Position numbers and translations under genes: made by a program. 64,000 nucleotides of DNA. Source: Toensbergia leucococca (lineage: Eukaryota). Where the stretch lies: contig JALDZS010000010.1 in NCBI GenBank assembly GCA_022813965.1, forward strand, positions 1-64,000, given 5' to 3'. The first letter of the stretch is position 1. Each line of letters starts with the position of its first letter. Under the pieces are notes generated by a model. The model made no database searches. It was not told the origin of the DNA and saw nothing but the letters and a program-made list of their open reading frames with translations. Positions 1-13,843 of this stretch are shown here, piece by piece.

Positions 1-3000
1 AGGGGGTCTTGAGCGTTGTTTTCCCTGTGATTGAATCTTTTAAAGTAGTGTAGATCCGTGTGTTCAATCTGCTGCGTTCGCTTCATCATCCTTTATGACA
101 GAGTGACAGAACTTGTAATAAAAGCTCAGCCTGAGTAATTCATGACAGCAGATGCTACTCTTGCACATCACTGAATGAAGAAATGTAGGGCATCAGACGT
201 AGGTTTTGTGTTGACTTGAAAGCGTCAAATAAAATAATTATTTTGAACCTCTTATCTGAATGTATTGCTGTATTGATGTGATGATAACGGCGTCAGGCAT
301 CTTCATCAGAGCCTTTGATTCCAGACATTAACTAAGAAGGTTGTATCAGTCAATTTTCTGATCGAAGTGAGAAGTGAAAGCTTACAGACAAATTTCACAT
401 TGTTGCTAAGAGGACTGTGAAGCTGCTTTCTACAGTCATCAGACATACTATATCTAATTGTTTTGGATGTTTTCAAAACCCCGTTTTTGTAAACCTCGCG
501 GGATCTTGGGTTCCTGGTTTATTTCAAGTCATCGCCTTCCACCTCGAGCGTTCTCTCTTTTTTCTCGAGATCCTCGATAAGATCAGTATGTTATCTGACC
601 TGGCGATTGCGAGAGTCGTTGGAGCTTTCGTCAATGCTTTGTTCGTCATCCGACAGTAGACAGAATATTAAGTATACAGTTCTGCTAGCATTGAACCTCC
701 CCGTCATCTAAAGATAGGAGTGCTCACTTGATCTTAATGACTTTGACATCATAGGTGCGGCCTTGACGTCTGCGGGAACTTGTCATTTTGTGAAATGATA
801 CTATAGTGAATCCATATCACCATCAATCTCCGAGTCTCATTCCGTTTCATAGAGGGAAGCCACCCCTTCTTTGAATGCACTCAGATCATGTTTGTTCTTC
901 TTCTACTTGACAGCTGCCGCCATCGCTTTTTTCACAATGGTCTTTGCACAGGCGACATTCTCAGTATCCAGAGGCCCATGAGCAAAGGAACTGTCACGCT
1001 TTCATCTTCATCATCATCATCAAAGGAGTCGCTGAGAGAATTTGATTCGCCGTCACCCGTAGCATCCGAGGGCACATTTTCTTTCAGACTATCCTTGATT
1101 AATTTCTTCTGTCTTTCAAACATTACAATCTCATGCTCATTCAGCTTACTGTACTTCTCCGCATTCTTGATAGCTTTCGTCTATTGCGAAACGGGCCGGA
1201 TTCCATCATCAAAGGCTTCTTTCATTTTCTGACTGAAGTCATAGAGCAGCACTTGATGCACCGTTATGACGCTGCTTGAATCATTATCTTGACTTAATTC
1301 GCTGACTCCTTACCCTTTTCACATTTCCCCTGCTTGTAATATTCAGCATACCGGTGCTTCTCCTTTTTGATGTGTTCTTGAGCAGCCGTCCAACTCTTGC
1401 CATTTGTAGAGATATCAGCGTCGACAGTCTCCTCAGCAAATACCAAATTTCGGAATCGCTTGCACTGCTCAGCCATATAGTCCCTGTACTCCGTGAGATA
1501 TCTCATTGCTGCGCTTACTGCCATCCCCTTGATTGTCTAGCCCTGGCCCCCAGGGCGGGAGTTGACATTTCTTGACCGTCAAGGGCCTTTATTGCCAACT
1601 CCGCGTCCTCAGGGGCTATGGTCACAAAGCAAATATGTTTGTATTTGATGACATGCTATTCTTCCTTGTTAACATTCATACAGCTGATGATGAGATACAC
1701 TTACAAATTTTAAGACATCGCCGCCGCAGGGGGCAAATAAGCTTCTCGGAGCAGCCTTGTCTGACTTTTTCGGTAAACCGCTTTTATAGTATGAGATAAG
1801 CAATGAGGCATTGAAGCATGTAAACATACCTGACAAAGAGCTCTGTGAGCTTTTTCATGACTCCCTCCTCCATCTCCTTCATCCCTCCTCGCCCTCTCTC
1901 TCATCTCTCTCTCTCTTCCTCTTCCTCCCCTTCTTTGACTTCCCCTTCTTGTTCTTTCTCATCTTTCTCTCTTCACCTATGTCATCATTCTGCTGCTGTT
2001 GCTGCTGTTCATTTCCTGACCGGGCCTGCTTCAGCTTCAGCTTCTACAATATTCATAAGTTTACAGTCAAACAAAATACTCAAAAATTATACATATGGGG
2101 GGGGGGAAAGAACAACCATTGAAGTGAAGGTCTTTTGCATGAAAGTGGATGTGTGAACCCTCCGGGATATCGATGTCAGAGATTGCTTGTTATCCCTCAA
2201 GCTCCTTCGTGTTCAACTCGTTGAACATCAATACCTTCGATGATGAGACTGAACTCAGAGTTATCATCTTCGTTGTATTTTCTGGAGCTGGCATGCGGTC
2301 TCTGCCGCTCGATAGTATAAAGAGAGAAAGTGCTGCGTTCTTGGAATTATTCCGCGAAACTTCTTTCTATAGTGGTTATAAATTAGGCATATTGAATATA
2401 CTCTCTGAGTCTGTCTTTACCTCCAAGCTTTTCCTCATATTTTTAGTGTCTTTATCAGCGCAGCACCTTTTTGTCTTAATTAGATCTTCTCTTGCTTTTG
2501 AGATGTGAGATTGAACTTGCCTAGAAGAGACTCATCATTGGGGAGTAAGCTGAGGCGCCCTGCTAGTCTTTCCTTTTGGCAAGCAAGATAGAGTTTGCGT
2601 GAACGTGAACAGCATTCTTGTGATACGATGTCTTATGAGAGCGCTGCTGAACAGCGTCAACAGAGACAAGTGAAAAGATCTATATTCGCTCCTAGTAATT
2701 TGTAGTGAGATGAAGTATTTACACCCTGAACAGAAGATGGGATTTGTAGTGAGCTTTTGAGGAAAAGATTGAATTCAATAGTCAAGATGTAGACAGTGTG
2801 GAACAACTTGCTTTTGAAATTGAAATGATTTCATAGTTCTCAAGGCCTGCTAAGGTTAAGGCAGCTTTTTGAGACTTGAATTTGAAAACTTTGTTATCAG
2901 CTTAGAGGCAATCTTAGATAATCCCTAGAGCTGTTCCTCGCACTAAAATCTTATTTCGTCTGCGAGCTTCTTCGTCTTAAGACTTTAATCTGAAGGTGAT

Positions 3001-3522
3001 CATAGTCTCCTTTCGACTAATTGACCCTTCCCTTTCCCACAAGAGCATGACAATTCAAAAAATGTATTTTCGGTTAGATTGAAGGTTGATCTGAGCAGCC
3101 TGTTCAAGAGACGACTCATGCTCTGGACGCTTTCCAGGTTTCAATACTTCACCACAAAGATTCATCCATGAATCATGATGAACAATGCAAGCTTCTCCTT
3201 TCTCAGTGATGGCGAATGACTTCGAAAGTATCATCCTACGGTAAAAAGGCATACTTGCGTATCTCAGAGTAGCTAGAGATGACCTTAAAGTGTTTATTTT
3301 GGACTCTTCAATCCGGAGGAGCTGCTCGTGTACAACATTGTCGAGTTCTTCAATTCTATAGCCTGCGTAAAGCTTGGTAGTCTAGCTTTTTCATCTCTGA
3401 ATGACTATATGTGTTGACTACGTTCTCCACACGACAATTGACAGCAATGTTTAGATATCCGGCTGAATGTATAAACCGTGGATCAAACGGATATAAGGCT
3501 GATAATGAGATCCAGTCCACTG
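1..3522 (-). mobile_element. Degenerate (probably RIP-mutated) repeat/transposon-derived region with broken minus-strand coding remnants; family unresolved; left end outside window
   Basis: No intact gene in 3.5 kb. Minus-strand frames read as E/D/K-rich protein fragments (e.g. LLSDDEQSIDESSNDSRNRQVR*HTDLIEDLEKKERTLEVEGDDLK*) broken by TAA/TAG/TGA, each one C>T from CAA/CAG/CGA. Intron-like signals survive (e.g. GTAAGC...CTGAT...TAG at 385-332). Candidate terminus ...CCACTG|ATGTACAT at 3517-3530. Confidence 0.45.
1860..2045. repeat. Low-complexity pyrimidine-rich (CT/CTT/CTG) tract
   Basis: Runs such as cctcctcc, ctctctctctct and ctgctgttgctgctg; reads as an E/K/R/Q-rich segment on the minus strand of the decayed element. 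Confidence 0.7.
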
Positions 3523-3713
3523 ATGTACATCTTTGCGTTTTAGTACAAGAGAGTACATGGCCAAAACTTTCTAATGCTTGACCAAAAGAGCTAGTAGCGC
3601 GGCATCGTCCAGGTGAGATGGAGCAATCATGCTCTTCAAGGAGGATACACTAATTAAATTGTTACTTTGGCGAATGCCCGCCACGACTTTGACCAAAGCG
3701 TACCCTTAACCTC

Positions 3714-6700
3714 CTAGACAAGTGTATTGTCGTCGAACAAATCCGTAAGAAGATCATCGGCGCAGGACTTCCAATCTGGTGCCTCCATACTGTATGTGCT
3801 TTCGAACGCATTGATGCTTAATTGACGGAAGAATGGACGCAGTATCCTTTCGATGATGTCTTCTTTCGAGATGCTCTTCACCACGATTGAGCTCAAAAGT
3901 GGCTTGCGATTGCCACTTTGTGTAAAATTGAGTAAAGAAGCAGTAGTATTGTGCGGGGTCTTGGCTTCGGAATCTAGCCCTTCGGCCAATTCATCCACTA
4001 GGGCTATGGGGTCCCATTGGGCGGGACGATACACGGCATCGATTGTGTCCGTGATGAAAAGCCACTCTTGCATCTGGAAATCATCAGGAGCTATAGTTAG
4101 TAAGGCATCAAGTAGCTTGCAAGCTTGGAGAACACAATAGAGATTGTAGGTGTCGTGAGCCTGACCCGGGAACAGGGATAAAATAGCATCGTGTAATTCA
4201 GAGCTAATGATAGGCCACAAAGATGCCATGTGCACAGTCGAAGTTTTCAAAACGAGGGCTCGAAGCAGCATATAAATCTCTGCTCGGGTCGTGGAAGATG
4301 GGGATGAAGCGGCAGTTGCTGTCAGAAGATCAACTAATTTCTCCTGAAGGGCAGGAAGATTCGTAACAAAGCCATCATTAACAGCTGCAAGGACAAGAGT
4401 GGCCATCCTTCGCAAAACTAGTTGAGTCCTACGGTCTGCCTCAAGTCGGGCCGAAGAGGCTCCGACACCAAACACGATACCGGCTGAAGTTGGAGATGAG
4501 AGGCGTGACATCAAATCCAGCATTCGGTCCTTGTCGGCAAGAGTCCATTGTTGTAGTAGAGGCAGCCAGCCCTTCTCTGCTAAATCCAGTGAAGCAGCGC
4601 AGAAAAACTTCGGATCATTGAAAGCTTCACCAAAGTCTTTTCTCCATGTCTTCGATGCTTCTGGTATTCTTGACAATGAGTACAATATCTCGAGCGTATT
4701 TCTGGTCATATTCTCGGGAAATGTCTTCCATTTTATGCTCGGTACGATCACATGCGCCGAGATTGCTGCAGCAGTAGCAAGGATTCGGTCCGAGTCTACC
4801 AAAATTTTCGAGATGTTGGGCAAGATCAACGCTAGGATTGCTACCACATCTTCTGGAGTACTAGTCTTGCGTATATCGAGCGATTGTCGAGGCCTGTTAA
4901 TGTCGTGGGAGAATTTATCACCACCAATTGATTGCGTTGATTCTTGAGGAAAGCCCAAGGGTTTGATCGTAAATACAGCGGTCAGCAAACGCACAAAGAG
5001 GTCCTGTATCAATCAGCAGGGTGACCACTACTGCTTTAGGTTAAGGAGTGCATACTCCAAGATCGCGTCGCATTTTGCGCTGCTCGCCAAAATTGGTATT
5101 GTCGACCTTCTCGCCTAGAACTGCAGTGAACTCAAGCAGCTTTGGTAAAGTTTGTCGGTGCGGCAAAGGATTAGTTAGTACATCCTTTAGAAAAGTCATA
5201 CAATCAGTCCATATCTCGTCCATTGCATCATCTTCCAATGAGCGTGTATACGCAACAAGGAATACCACCAGGTTGATGTCAGACAAATCAGATGTGAGGG
5301 TCGATTTTCGGACAGGGTCTAGTGCAGTCGGGTTCGTCCGGCTATACATTGCGTTGAAAATGGCTGGTATTGTGTTTTTGGGTCTGGATCCATCGAGCAC
5401 ATGCAGCAGATTGAAGACTGTAGAAGGCTGGGCTCCGCTACCTATTGTGTCTGGTTTGTGCCATGATTCAATAAGAGTCTCCAGGCATTCCAAAGCCTCG
5501 GCAGCAAAGAGATGTTCAAGGATTCGCCGCGTCCGATTCCTCATACGAAGAGAGGTATAATTGAACGATGCGGAAGCTGCACGATCCCGCAATGGGCTTT
5601 CAACGCCGTAGTCGCCCCATGACCAGATCCTGAAGCAGACGCGAACCGCGTCTTTGAAACAAAGCAGCACCGTAAGCCGATTGTTGGCAGTCGTGTTCCG
5701 CGACATATATGTTTCAGACGTGAATACCCCCGATACCATGGTACCGAAAAACCCCTGTGGTTGTTCGGGGCTTTTGACTGATACGGTACCAACCTCATTG
5801 GTCGTTAATCGATCATGAGCTCGAGCAAGAGCTTGCTCAAGACCACTAAGAAGTGAAATTAAGGAGGCAGTAGGTTCTGAAATATGAAGAGATTCAGGAG
5901 GAGAATCTGTGAAGTTTGATTGCAGATTTCTAAAAACCGATCCTATTGACGTGCAGAAATTGTCCACGAGCGGAATCAAGAACTGAATTGCAACTTCGGG
6001 GTAAAAACGTAGGCACTCGTCTAGAAATCGGACCCAATTATCAAGCACTGGACGGCTGCCTTCGGAACTGAGGCCTGATATCAAGCAATCCAAAAGACCC
6101 GGTGGTGGTGATGATTGCCCTGATATGTTGTGGTCCTTCTCGCTTCTCTCGGTGGACATTGAGAGACGAGACATGCTTCTCACGGTTTCTCGCGACGTGG
6201 TTCTTCGATGCAGCGGATCTGGGGCGTTGCTGCGAGTTCCATTGCCACGAATCCTCAAAGCAATTGAGACTAATTCCATCAAAGAAATCTGAAGCAAGAT
6301 ATCTCCTTGAACAATCGACCAAGCAAGCTTTTCAATAAGAACGAGCTCTACATTCATCTCCATGTAGGCTACTGTAGAGGGTCCGAGAAGGAGTTGCTGC
6401 AAAAGGAATGCAGCAGCTCGACGCAGAGCAGACGTTCGGAAATTAGGGGTTGTCTGGTCTGAATCAGGCTGTCCAAGAAGGCTCAGGCTGATACGTGCCA
6501 GATAAATTTGAATGCTCATCCCCGTATCGAGATCACCTGTGGGTGCCTTATCAGCGTTGATGACAATATAGATGGCATGATTGTACTACATACTGTCTAC
6601 CTGCCCATTGAGTTCATTAGCATCGTTAATGATTGGACTAGCCAATGCTTGCCAAACATTATTGGTCGAATATCGGATCAAATAAGACACTATCTCTAGA

Positions 6701-9700
6701 TGATACAGGCACTGGCCCAGATCATCCGCAAGACTAAGAAGATCTCCCCTGCCTCGACCACTTCTCTCGAGCATGTTTATAGATAGCTGCTTAACATACG
6801 GTAGTGCTTGCAGACGGCTCATCAATAGGTCGATGATTCTACATCATCGATACATTAGTTTCTGAATCTCAATCTCACTGAGCTTTGACTCACGTATTTA
6901 TGCTCGGAAGTGACTGTAACCAATTAGTGGCAAATACAAAAAGGTCAGTCTGGGCGTCAGCCAGCGAATCTAGGAGTAATAATAAAGGTCTTGCTAAGGT
7001 TATTGTCTCAATTGACACGTCCTGTACTTTGCTACCTGCTAATATACGGACTAAACTTGACCGACGATCACGGGATCCACTGGGCGCAGGGACACTGTGA
7101 GCCCAAAGAGTTGCTAGCCGCCGTGCGCCCTCAATCTCAACAACTCTAGTGGGGTTATTTATCGCATTTCCAAGCATGAGCGTGGCGATAGACCCTTCCA
7201 CGAGCTGTATATGAGGAGAAATCGACTGAAGTCTTCGTATGCAACGAACTGCTTCAACGTTATACTTTGGCTTTGAGGGCGACAGATCTGGCCAGATACC
7301 AGTGATCAGGCTTGGGATTATTTTGCGAATCTGACTATCGGGTACCCAAGATGAAGAGGCACCTGTTGAGCAAATCAACTCAAGCAGAGAAACTGCTGCT
7401 GCAATAGCGGGAAAGTGCTGAGCCTTCTCTGGCTCAGCTGCAAATCTGTCCGAAGCTTGCATGATCCTCGACAGAACCCGCTCCTTATCCAGAACACTCC
7501 ACGAAGATACTTTGTGGATCAATTTGTCAAAGATGGCAATTTCTATCTCGACGTGTGAGGCATAATAATCCGATTGCAACTCTCGAGTAACCATCTGGTC
7601 TGCATAGCCTAACAGTAGTACTCCCACAATGTTTGCCTCGATTGGTGGAGGTGCAAGTTCTAAGTTCCCACGGAAATGACCGTAGAAATGCAGGACCTTG
7701 TTCACTATTTCTTGATCTCGCAACGGCAAATTACGGCCCTCCAGATTCCAGTCGCTTCGTGCCTGTTCGGAAGGATCATTGATAAACGCTCGCTCTGGGA
7801 CCATTTCAAGGAGGCGATCAGCAATCTTCAACGCATTCTGGATAAGATCGTTGTAGTCTGTACTTGACTGAACGCTAGGGTTCTGTAGAGAAGGTTGTAA
7901 TTTGATCAGTAGCACTAGTATCACGAGTGGAATATGGACTACCAGCATTTCTTCTTCTTGCAGATTGAAGTGGGAAAGCGTGAACAGTATGAGTTCTAGT
8001 CGTTTTCGAGCAGCCTGCTTATCATGCTCCTTTTCATCAAGGGCACTGACGATGACTGTGGTCAGTTCGCTCCATATAAGACCACTCTCTACTCCATCGA
8101 AAAACACATTGGCGCTGCGAAGAACTTCGATGAAAGCTTCACGTGATGTAGCAACTTTCTGGTATTGCCATACACTTTCCAGCCCTGAAAGGAAAATGCG
8201 TGGCACCAAAAGTACGCCAATTTCCCAACGATCCATGAGAGACAAACATATGCGGAAAGGACGAGCTTTCTCTAAAGGTATCGTCGATTTGCTTTCAATC
8301 ATTCTACAAATGCTCCTGACAAGCGGAGTCAGACCGTAACGCTCGAAATATCTTGAGCGAACGTCACCAGAGCCAAGTTTTGGTGTAATAGTACCTTCGG
8401 ATCCTGACGAGCTTGGTGAATTTGGAGCATCGTTATGATGTTCAACAGAAGGTTCTGGTCCTAGGAACCAGGTCCAAAGCCTCCTATTCAAGCTCATGTC
8501 CCTGCGTATTACAACCGAAGCAGCTGCAGCCACCAAGCGCTCCAAGTCTTCGACCACCACTTTGTGCTGTAACACAGTAGAGTCTAGGGGTAGGTGCGTT
8601 ACCAATAAGTCTAAGAAGCCCCGTTGGATCAGAAGCTGTTCATCACGGAGACCAGCTACAAAGCAGCGAATCAAGAGACCTGGTTCAGGGGAAGAAACAG
8701 CTTCAATAGCAGGTGGCACCCCATTTTGATCGTTTCCACTCTTAAATTCCCTATCTGAATTTGGAACCTTCATGTTCGTTTCCGAAGATGTGCCCAGTTG
8801 TGGAAGATTCCGAAGCAGGTACGCAAGCGCACCCTGTCTTCGGCTTGAGCTTGTGATTGAAGCTAAGAAAAGGCATTGCCAAAAGAATTGCTCGCCTGCG
8901 GCTTCCGGGTCATGAGAGCCGATCTCCTGTTTTGGCCCAACCGCATACCTAAAGCCGTCCAAAACACGAAGAGTGCGTTCAAATTCTTCGCTCGTTGCTT
9001 CTTCCAGTCCTGGAAGTAGGGCTAGGATGATAGCTTTTAGCGCTGGTCGTAGAGTGACAGGATCTAGAGGTAAGATGGAGGTCTCGAATAAAGAGAGCAG
9101 GTTAGGTTTGATAGATAGTGACGCAAATGACAAGGTTGGCGATAAACCAGGGAGATATAGCGGCAGGTCCCGCTCGAGGCCATCTTTCTGATCGTCCGAG
9201 TTGTCAGTTAAAGCCAGTATAATATTTAGATATGGCGGCGTCCGTACATACACCCAAGAGCGAGAAGATCAAAGCGTATACTTCTAGGGTTTTCTGATGT
9301 ACTCCGGAAGGTAAGCTCGGGTTAAGGCATTGTGCCAATCGCTTTGCGACAATTGCTTTGAGTGGGACATCCCGTATCCCAGGAGGTTTGGCTTGGATTG
9401 CCTATCAACACACGTTCAACAATCATGTCAGGTACGCTGTTTTGGCTACAACGTACCTTCAGTAGGCGTCCCAGGAAGGAAATGTAGTCAGCCCACTCCT
9501 GTAGAGCTGTGTCGAATAGCGATAGGGCTCTTTCGATGCCTGATGCATAGCGACGATAGCTTTTGTCTTTCCTGAGAGATGCTGCAAATCGAAATCACAT
9601 TAGACATAGCAAAGATTAAGCCTTCGTAGCTCGTTAGGTACCTTCATCTATTCCGACCCTTGTCCTAAGGTTTACCACTGGGGAAGATCTGCCTGAGCTG

Positions 9701-9744
9701 GCAGGAGACACGGATCTATCGATATGGACGGCGTCGAGAGACAT
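3714..9744 (-). CDS. DOP1: Dopey family protein (endosome/Golgi traffic, cellular morphogenesis), about 7 exons
   Basis: Spliced N-terminus MSLDAVHIDRSVSPASSGRSSP...KDKSYRRYASGIERALSLFDTALQEWADYISFLGRLLK...LAQCLNPSLPSGVHQKTLEVY is the Dopey N domain. RRDMSLNRRLWTWFLG and a C-terminal ACKLLD...FQMQEWLFITDT are present. GT-AG introns join ORFs 6890-9253, 6586-6825, 5041-6519 and 3714-5012. Confidence 0.95.
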
Positions 9745-10352
9745 AACGTAGATCCAGAGGGTGTGATTTACACTGCATAATGCTACCAGGGACTTGGATG
9801 AAGTTGAGGACTACGTACCTTAGGCTACCTACGTGATTAAGTGACTACCTTACAAATTCACGAGGAAAGGCAACGTAGACGTTCGCTTCTTCGACGAAAA
9901 CCCCCACCTTCACTAGTTCATTTCGACGTGCACTGGGAAGTGGGAATTCGCAACTAAGGTGATTGTCGAGGTGAGGGTCAAAGGATCTACATACTCGTGT
10001 ACGGCAAACTCTGTCCCTCCCAAAATACCTATCGGAGAGGTTCCCTTCTAGATTTCTAATGGTGGGGATCTGCCCGCATTTGGCGCCCTACCTAGCAGCG
10101 CGGCCACGAGACTATGGATAGTGCCATGCAGGATGTCCTCGTTATCTTTGACATCTATACCGCTTGTACGGCAAGAGTGTCAGCTGGGTTGTTCGACGGT
10201 GGTGCTCAAGGGCATCAAAAGCTTCAATTGTCGGAAGTATCCATGATGGAGGAAGAGCTGGACGCCTTGGCTCCTTGGTTGAAAGTTACCTAGCGACGTG
10301 GGGGTCTTTCGGATTTTCCTTTTCCGCTTAGCCACCAAATCGGAGCTTCACC

Positions 10353-12466
10353 ATGGTTTGTTGCATCATCCTAAACATTGCCAGCGTTCACTTTCCTTAC
10401 TTCAGCTAACAAATCAACGTCGGCCAGGTGCCCCGCCATGATCTACCTAGACCCGAGCCTCCAGATCGACTACCTTCGAATCCGAAAGCCTCTTTCCAGT
10501 CACCAACCCCATCCTTCGAAGCTGATGACGAAGATTCTTCGATAGACTCTCCGACCATGGGACCCGACCGCGACGCCAGGACCCATAGAGACCTGCCACA
10601 GTATCCTGGCGAAGACACCCGTCTGACAAGCGACAAAGAATTGTCTGGTTGGTACAGCTATGGTTGGGCGGCCGAGGTATTCGTTATCTGCGGTGTTGGT
10701 ATGGAACATCAATATCCGCCGTGATGACTGGGAGCTGAGCCTCACTGCGCTACATAGGATCCTTCATTCCCATTACTCTAGAGCAGCTTGCCCGAGAACA
10801 AGGGGTGCTCCTATCAGATAGATCCACTCCGTGTGGTGATAGCTTCGACAAACCAGTAAAACATGCCGTCAGCACTACATCGATACCCACAGCGATGATC
10901 AGAGCTGCATCGCCACATCGAGACACTGGCCAGTGCGTCATTCGCCTTTTGGGCGCTGAGATAAACACTGCTAGTTTTGCAATGTACACATTCTCACTTA
11001 GTGTCTTAGTGCAGGCGCTCTTGATCATCTCAATGTCTGGTGCTGCCGACCACGGGAACTATCGAAAAAGATTGTTGCTGTCTTTTGCCTTTACAGGTGC
11101 TATTGCGACTATGCTCTTTATCACAGTTGTACCGAAAATCTACTTGTTTGCTGCGCTGTTAGCAATTATAGCTAATACATGCTTTGGCGCATCTTTCGTT
11201 TTGTTAAACTCATTCCTACCATTACTGGTCCGACACCATCCGTCTACCCAAGATACCGGCCTGTCTGATTCTTTGGAATATCCACAGATTATTGTACATG
11301 GAGTAGGGGATCAAAACGACGAGATGGAAGATATAGCTGAGAGTCACCTCCAAGACTCGACAGATGTCTTACTACCTCCGTCCCACTCAGATCAAACAAC
11401 CCCATACTCAACATCACTTGCCTTTGCTTCTCCTGAATTGCGACTTTCGACAAAGATTTCATCCTATGGTATTGGCATCGGCTATATAGCCGCAGTCGTT
11501 GTCCAAACAATCGCTATATTAATCATTGTCGTTACTGGCTCTACAACGTTCTCGCTGCGTCTGGTGCTTTTCTTCGTCGGGTTGTGGTGGTTCGTTTTCA
11601 CCATCCCTGCCGCTCTGTGGTTACGCCCCCGGCCAGGTCCTCCAATACCTTTCAGCGCCAATGGAAGGCAGAGACGCGACTGGGCCAACTATGTTGCCTA
11701 CGCTTGGCGCTCGCTCGGTAGAACCATCGTACGAGCTCGCCGACTAAAGGATGTCGTACTCTTTTTGAGTGCATGGTTCCTTCTAAGTGATGGTATTGCC
11801 ACAATCAGCGGCACTGCTGTTCTTTTTGCGAAGACTGAACTGAAAATGGAGCCCGCTGCTCTGGCGCTGATCAACGTTATCGTCACGTTATCTGGTGTTC
11901 TTGGGGCTTTCACATGGAGTAGGTTGTCTCGCCTCTTCAACGCTCGTCCATCGCAAACCATTGTTGCTTGCATATGTCTATTTGAAATCATTCCGATCTA
12001 TGGGCTTCTGGGCTATATACCTGCCATCCAACGACTTGGTTTTCTCGGCTTACAGCAAAAGTGGGAGATGTATCCATTAGGGGCCGTTTATGGATTCATT
12101 CTCGGAGGAATATCATCATACTGCCGAAGCGTATTTGGCGAGCTTATACCACCGGGATTCGAAGCTGCGTTCTATGCGCTGTATGCCATTACGGACAAAG
12201 GCTCGAGTGTCTTCGGCCCGGCTATTGTGGGACTTATCACGGATCGCTATGGAGATATAAGGCCGGCCTTTGTTTTCTTGGCGATCTTGATTTTCGTACC
12301 CTTACCTTTGATGATGTTGGTCGATGTTGAGCGAGGCAAGCGAGAGGGTGCAGAAATGGCGAAGGAATTGGAAGGGAAGAAAAGCCTCTATGCAAATCAT
12401 GGTAACTATGACGGTACAATTGCACTAGTTGATGAAGAGGACGAGCCAGAAAGCAATGTCCCTTGA
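10353..12466 (+). CDS. ATG22: Vacuolar amino-acid efflux permease Atg22 (MFS)
   Basis: [83 protein letters not shown]. Likely start is ATG at 10353-10355, then intron 10356-10427 (GTTTGT...GCTAAC...CAG); second intron about 10699-10758. Confidence 0.93.
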
Positions 12467-13109
12467 AGTTTTGCCTCCTCTCACGCGCTGCGATGCTAGG
12501 GTTTTATGGCTGGGAATATCGTTGTATTCTAGGCGTTCCACGTCCTCCTAAATGTCATGATATCCCAGAGTAAGTGAGCAGCAGACATTTGCTTGCTACT
12601 TCCCCTCGGTCTAGATGCTGGCGATGCTGCTTTGGGTCGGGATTTGCTTTCTTCCTTTCTTCATCAATGCTTATAGAAAAGATATTTTACTTGGACAATG
12701 TGTCTGGTTTTGCACTGGTTATGGCGCTCTATTTCGGCGTTAAATATGATGCATAGCCTAATATATTGATTGAACAACGAGGGGGATCTGTCACAAGTAC
12801 ATAAGTCTTCTACCACAAATTGGTCTCCGGTTATGTATTGTTAGCCCCACACTTGCGGTAGCTACCCTCCTACCTTACGGAGTGGTACCTTGGGGTAAAT
12901 AAGCAGCTAAGGTAATCCTCGCTCCCTCGCTCCTCGCCAGCGAAGATCCCCCACGCAGCTATCCTAAATCTTATCCTGGAGCCTCACCACCCTTCAAAAC
13001 AGCCACAATACACTTACACACACCTCTCAATCAATTCGACCAGCACTCCCTTTACCACCTATTCGAGCACACCTACCCCTTCCCACACCCCCACCATCTC
13101 ACCATAACC

Positions 13110-13843
13110 ATGCCCCCAAATCTAACCCTCCACTCAATCCACGCTCTCCTAATCCTCACAACAGACGACCAAACCCGCATCCTGACAAAATACTACACCC
13201 CGCCCCACCCACTCCCAGCATCTCCCTCTCACCCGCCCCAACCAAACCCCTACCCAACCCTCGCCGCCCAAAAAGCCTTTGAAAAGGGCCTCGCCGAAAA
13301 AACAAACAAGTCCACTACGGACATCATCCTGTACGATGGGCGCGTGGTCGTCTTCAAGATGGAGGGCGACGTGATGCTATACGTGGTTGGCGGCGGCGAG
13401 GAAAACGAAGTGTTACTATTCAGCGTGATACTTTGCCTGCGGGACGCATTGGGGATCTTGCTCAAGTTAGTCCTCCCCCCCCATCCCTTTTCCTGTCCCC
13501 CCCTCCCGGCCACTCCACCCAAAAGAATGTCCTCGGAAGAGAAAAAAGAGAGAGAGAGAGCTCACTAAACACGTATGGCCGTTGGCGGGAAAACCACAGG
13601 AATTCAACCGACAAACGCACCATCATCGAAAACTACGACCTCGTCTCCCTCTGCATCGACGAAATCATCGACGACGGCATCATCCTCGAGACCGACCCCG
13701 TCATCGTCGCCAGCCGCGTCAGCAGACCGCCCGTGCAGGACATCAGCTCCGTCAAGTCGCTCGAATTGAGCGAGCAAGGGTTGCTGAATGTGTGGGAGTT
13801 TGGGAAGATGAAGTTGGCCGAGAGGATGAGGCAGGGGCTGTGA
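13110..13843 (+). CDS. RET3: Coatomer zeta subunit (zeta-COP)
   Basis: AQKAFEKGLAEKT, DIILYDGRVVVFK, DVMLYVVG...ENE, then after one intron (about 13466-13599) STDKRTIIENYDLVSLCIDEIIDDGIILETDP. Confidence 0.95.
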
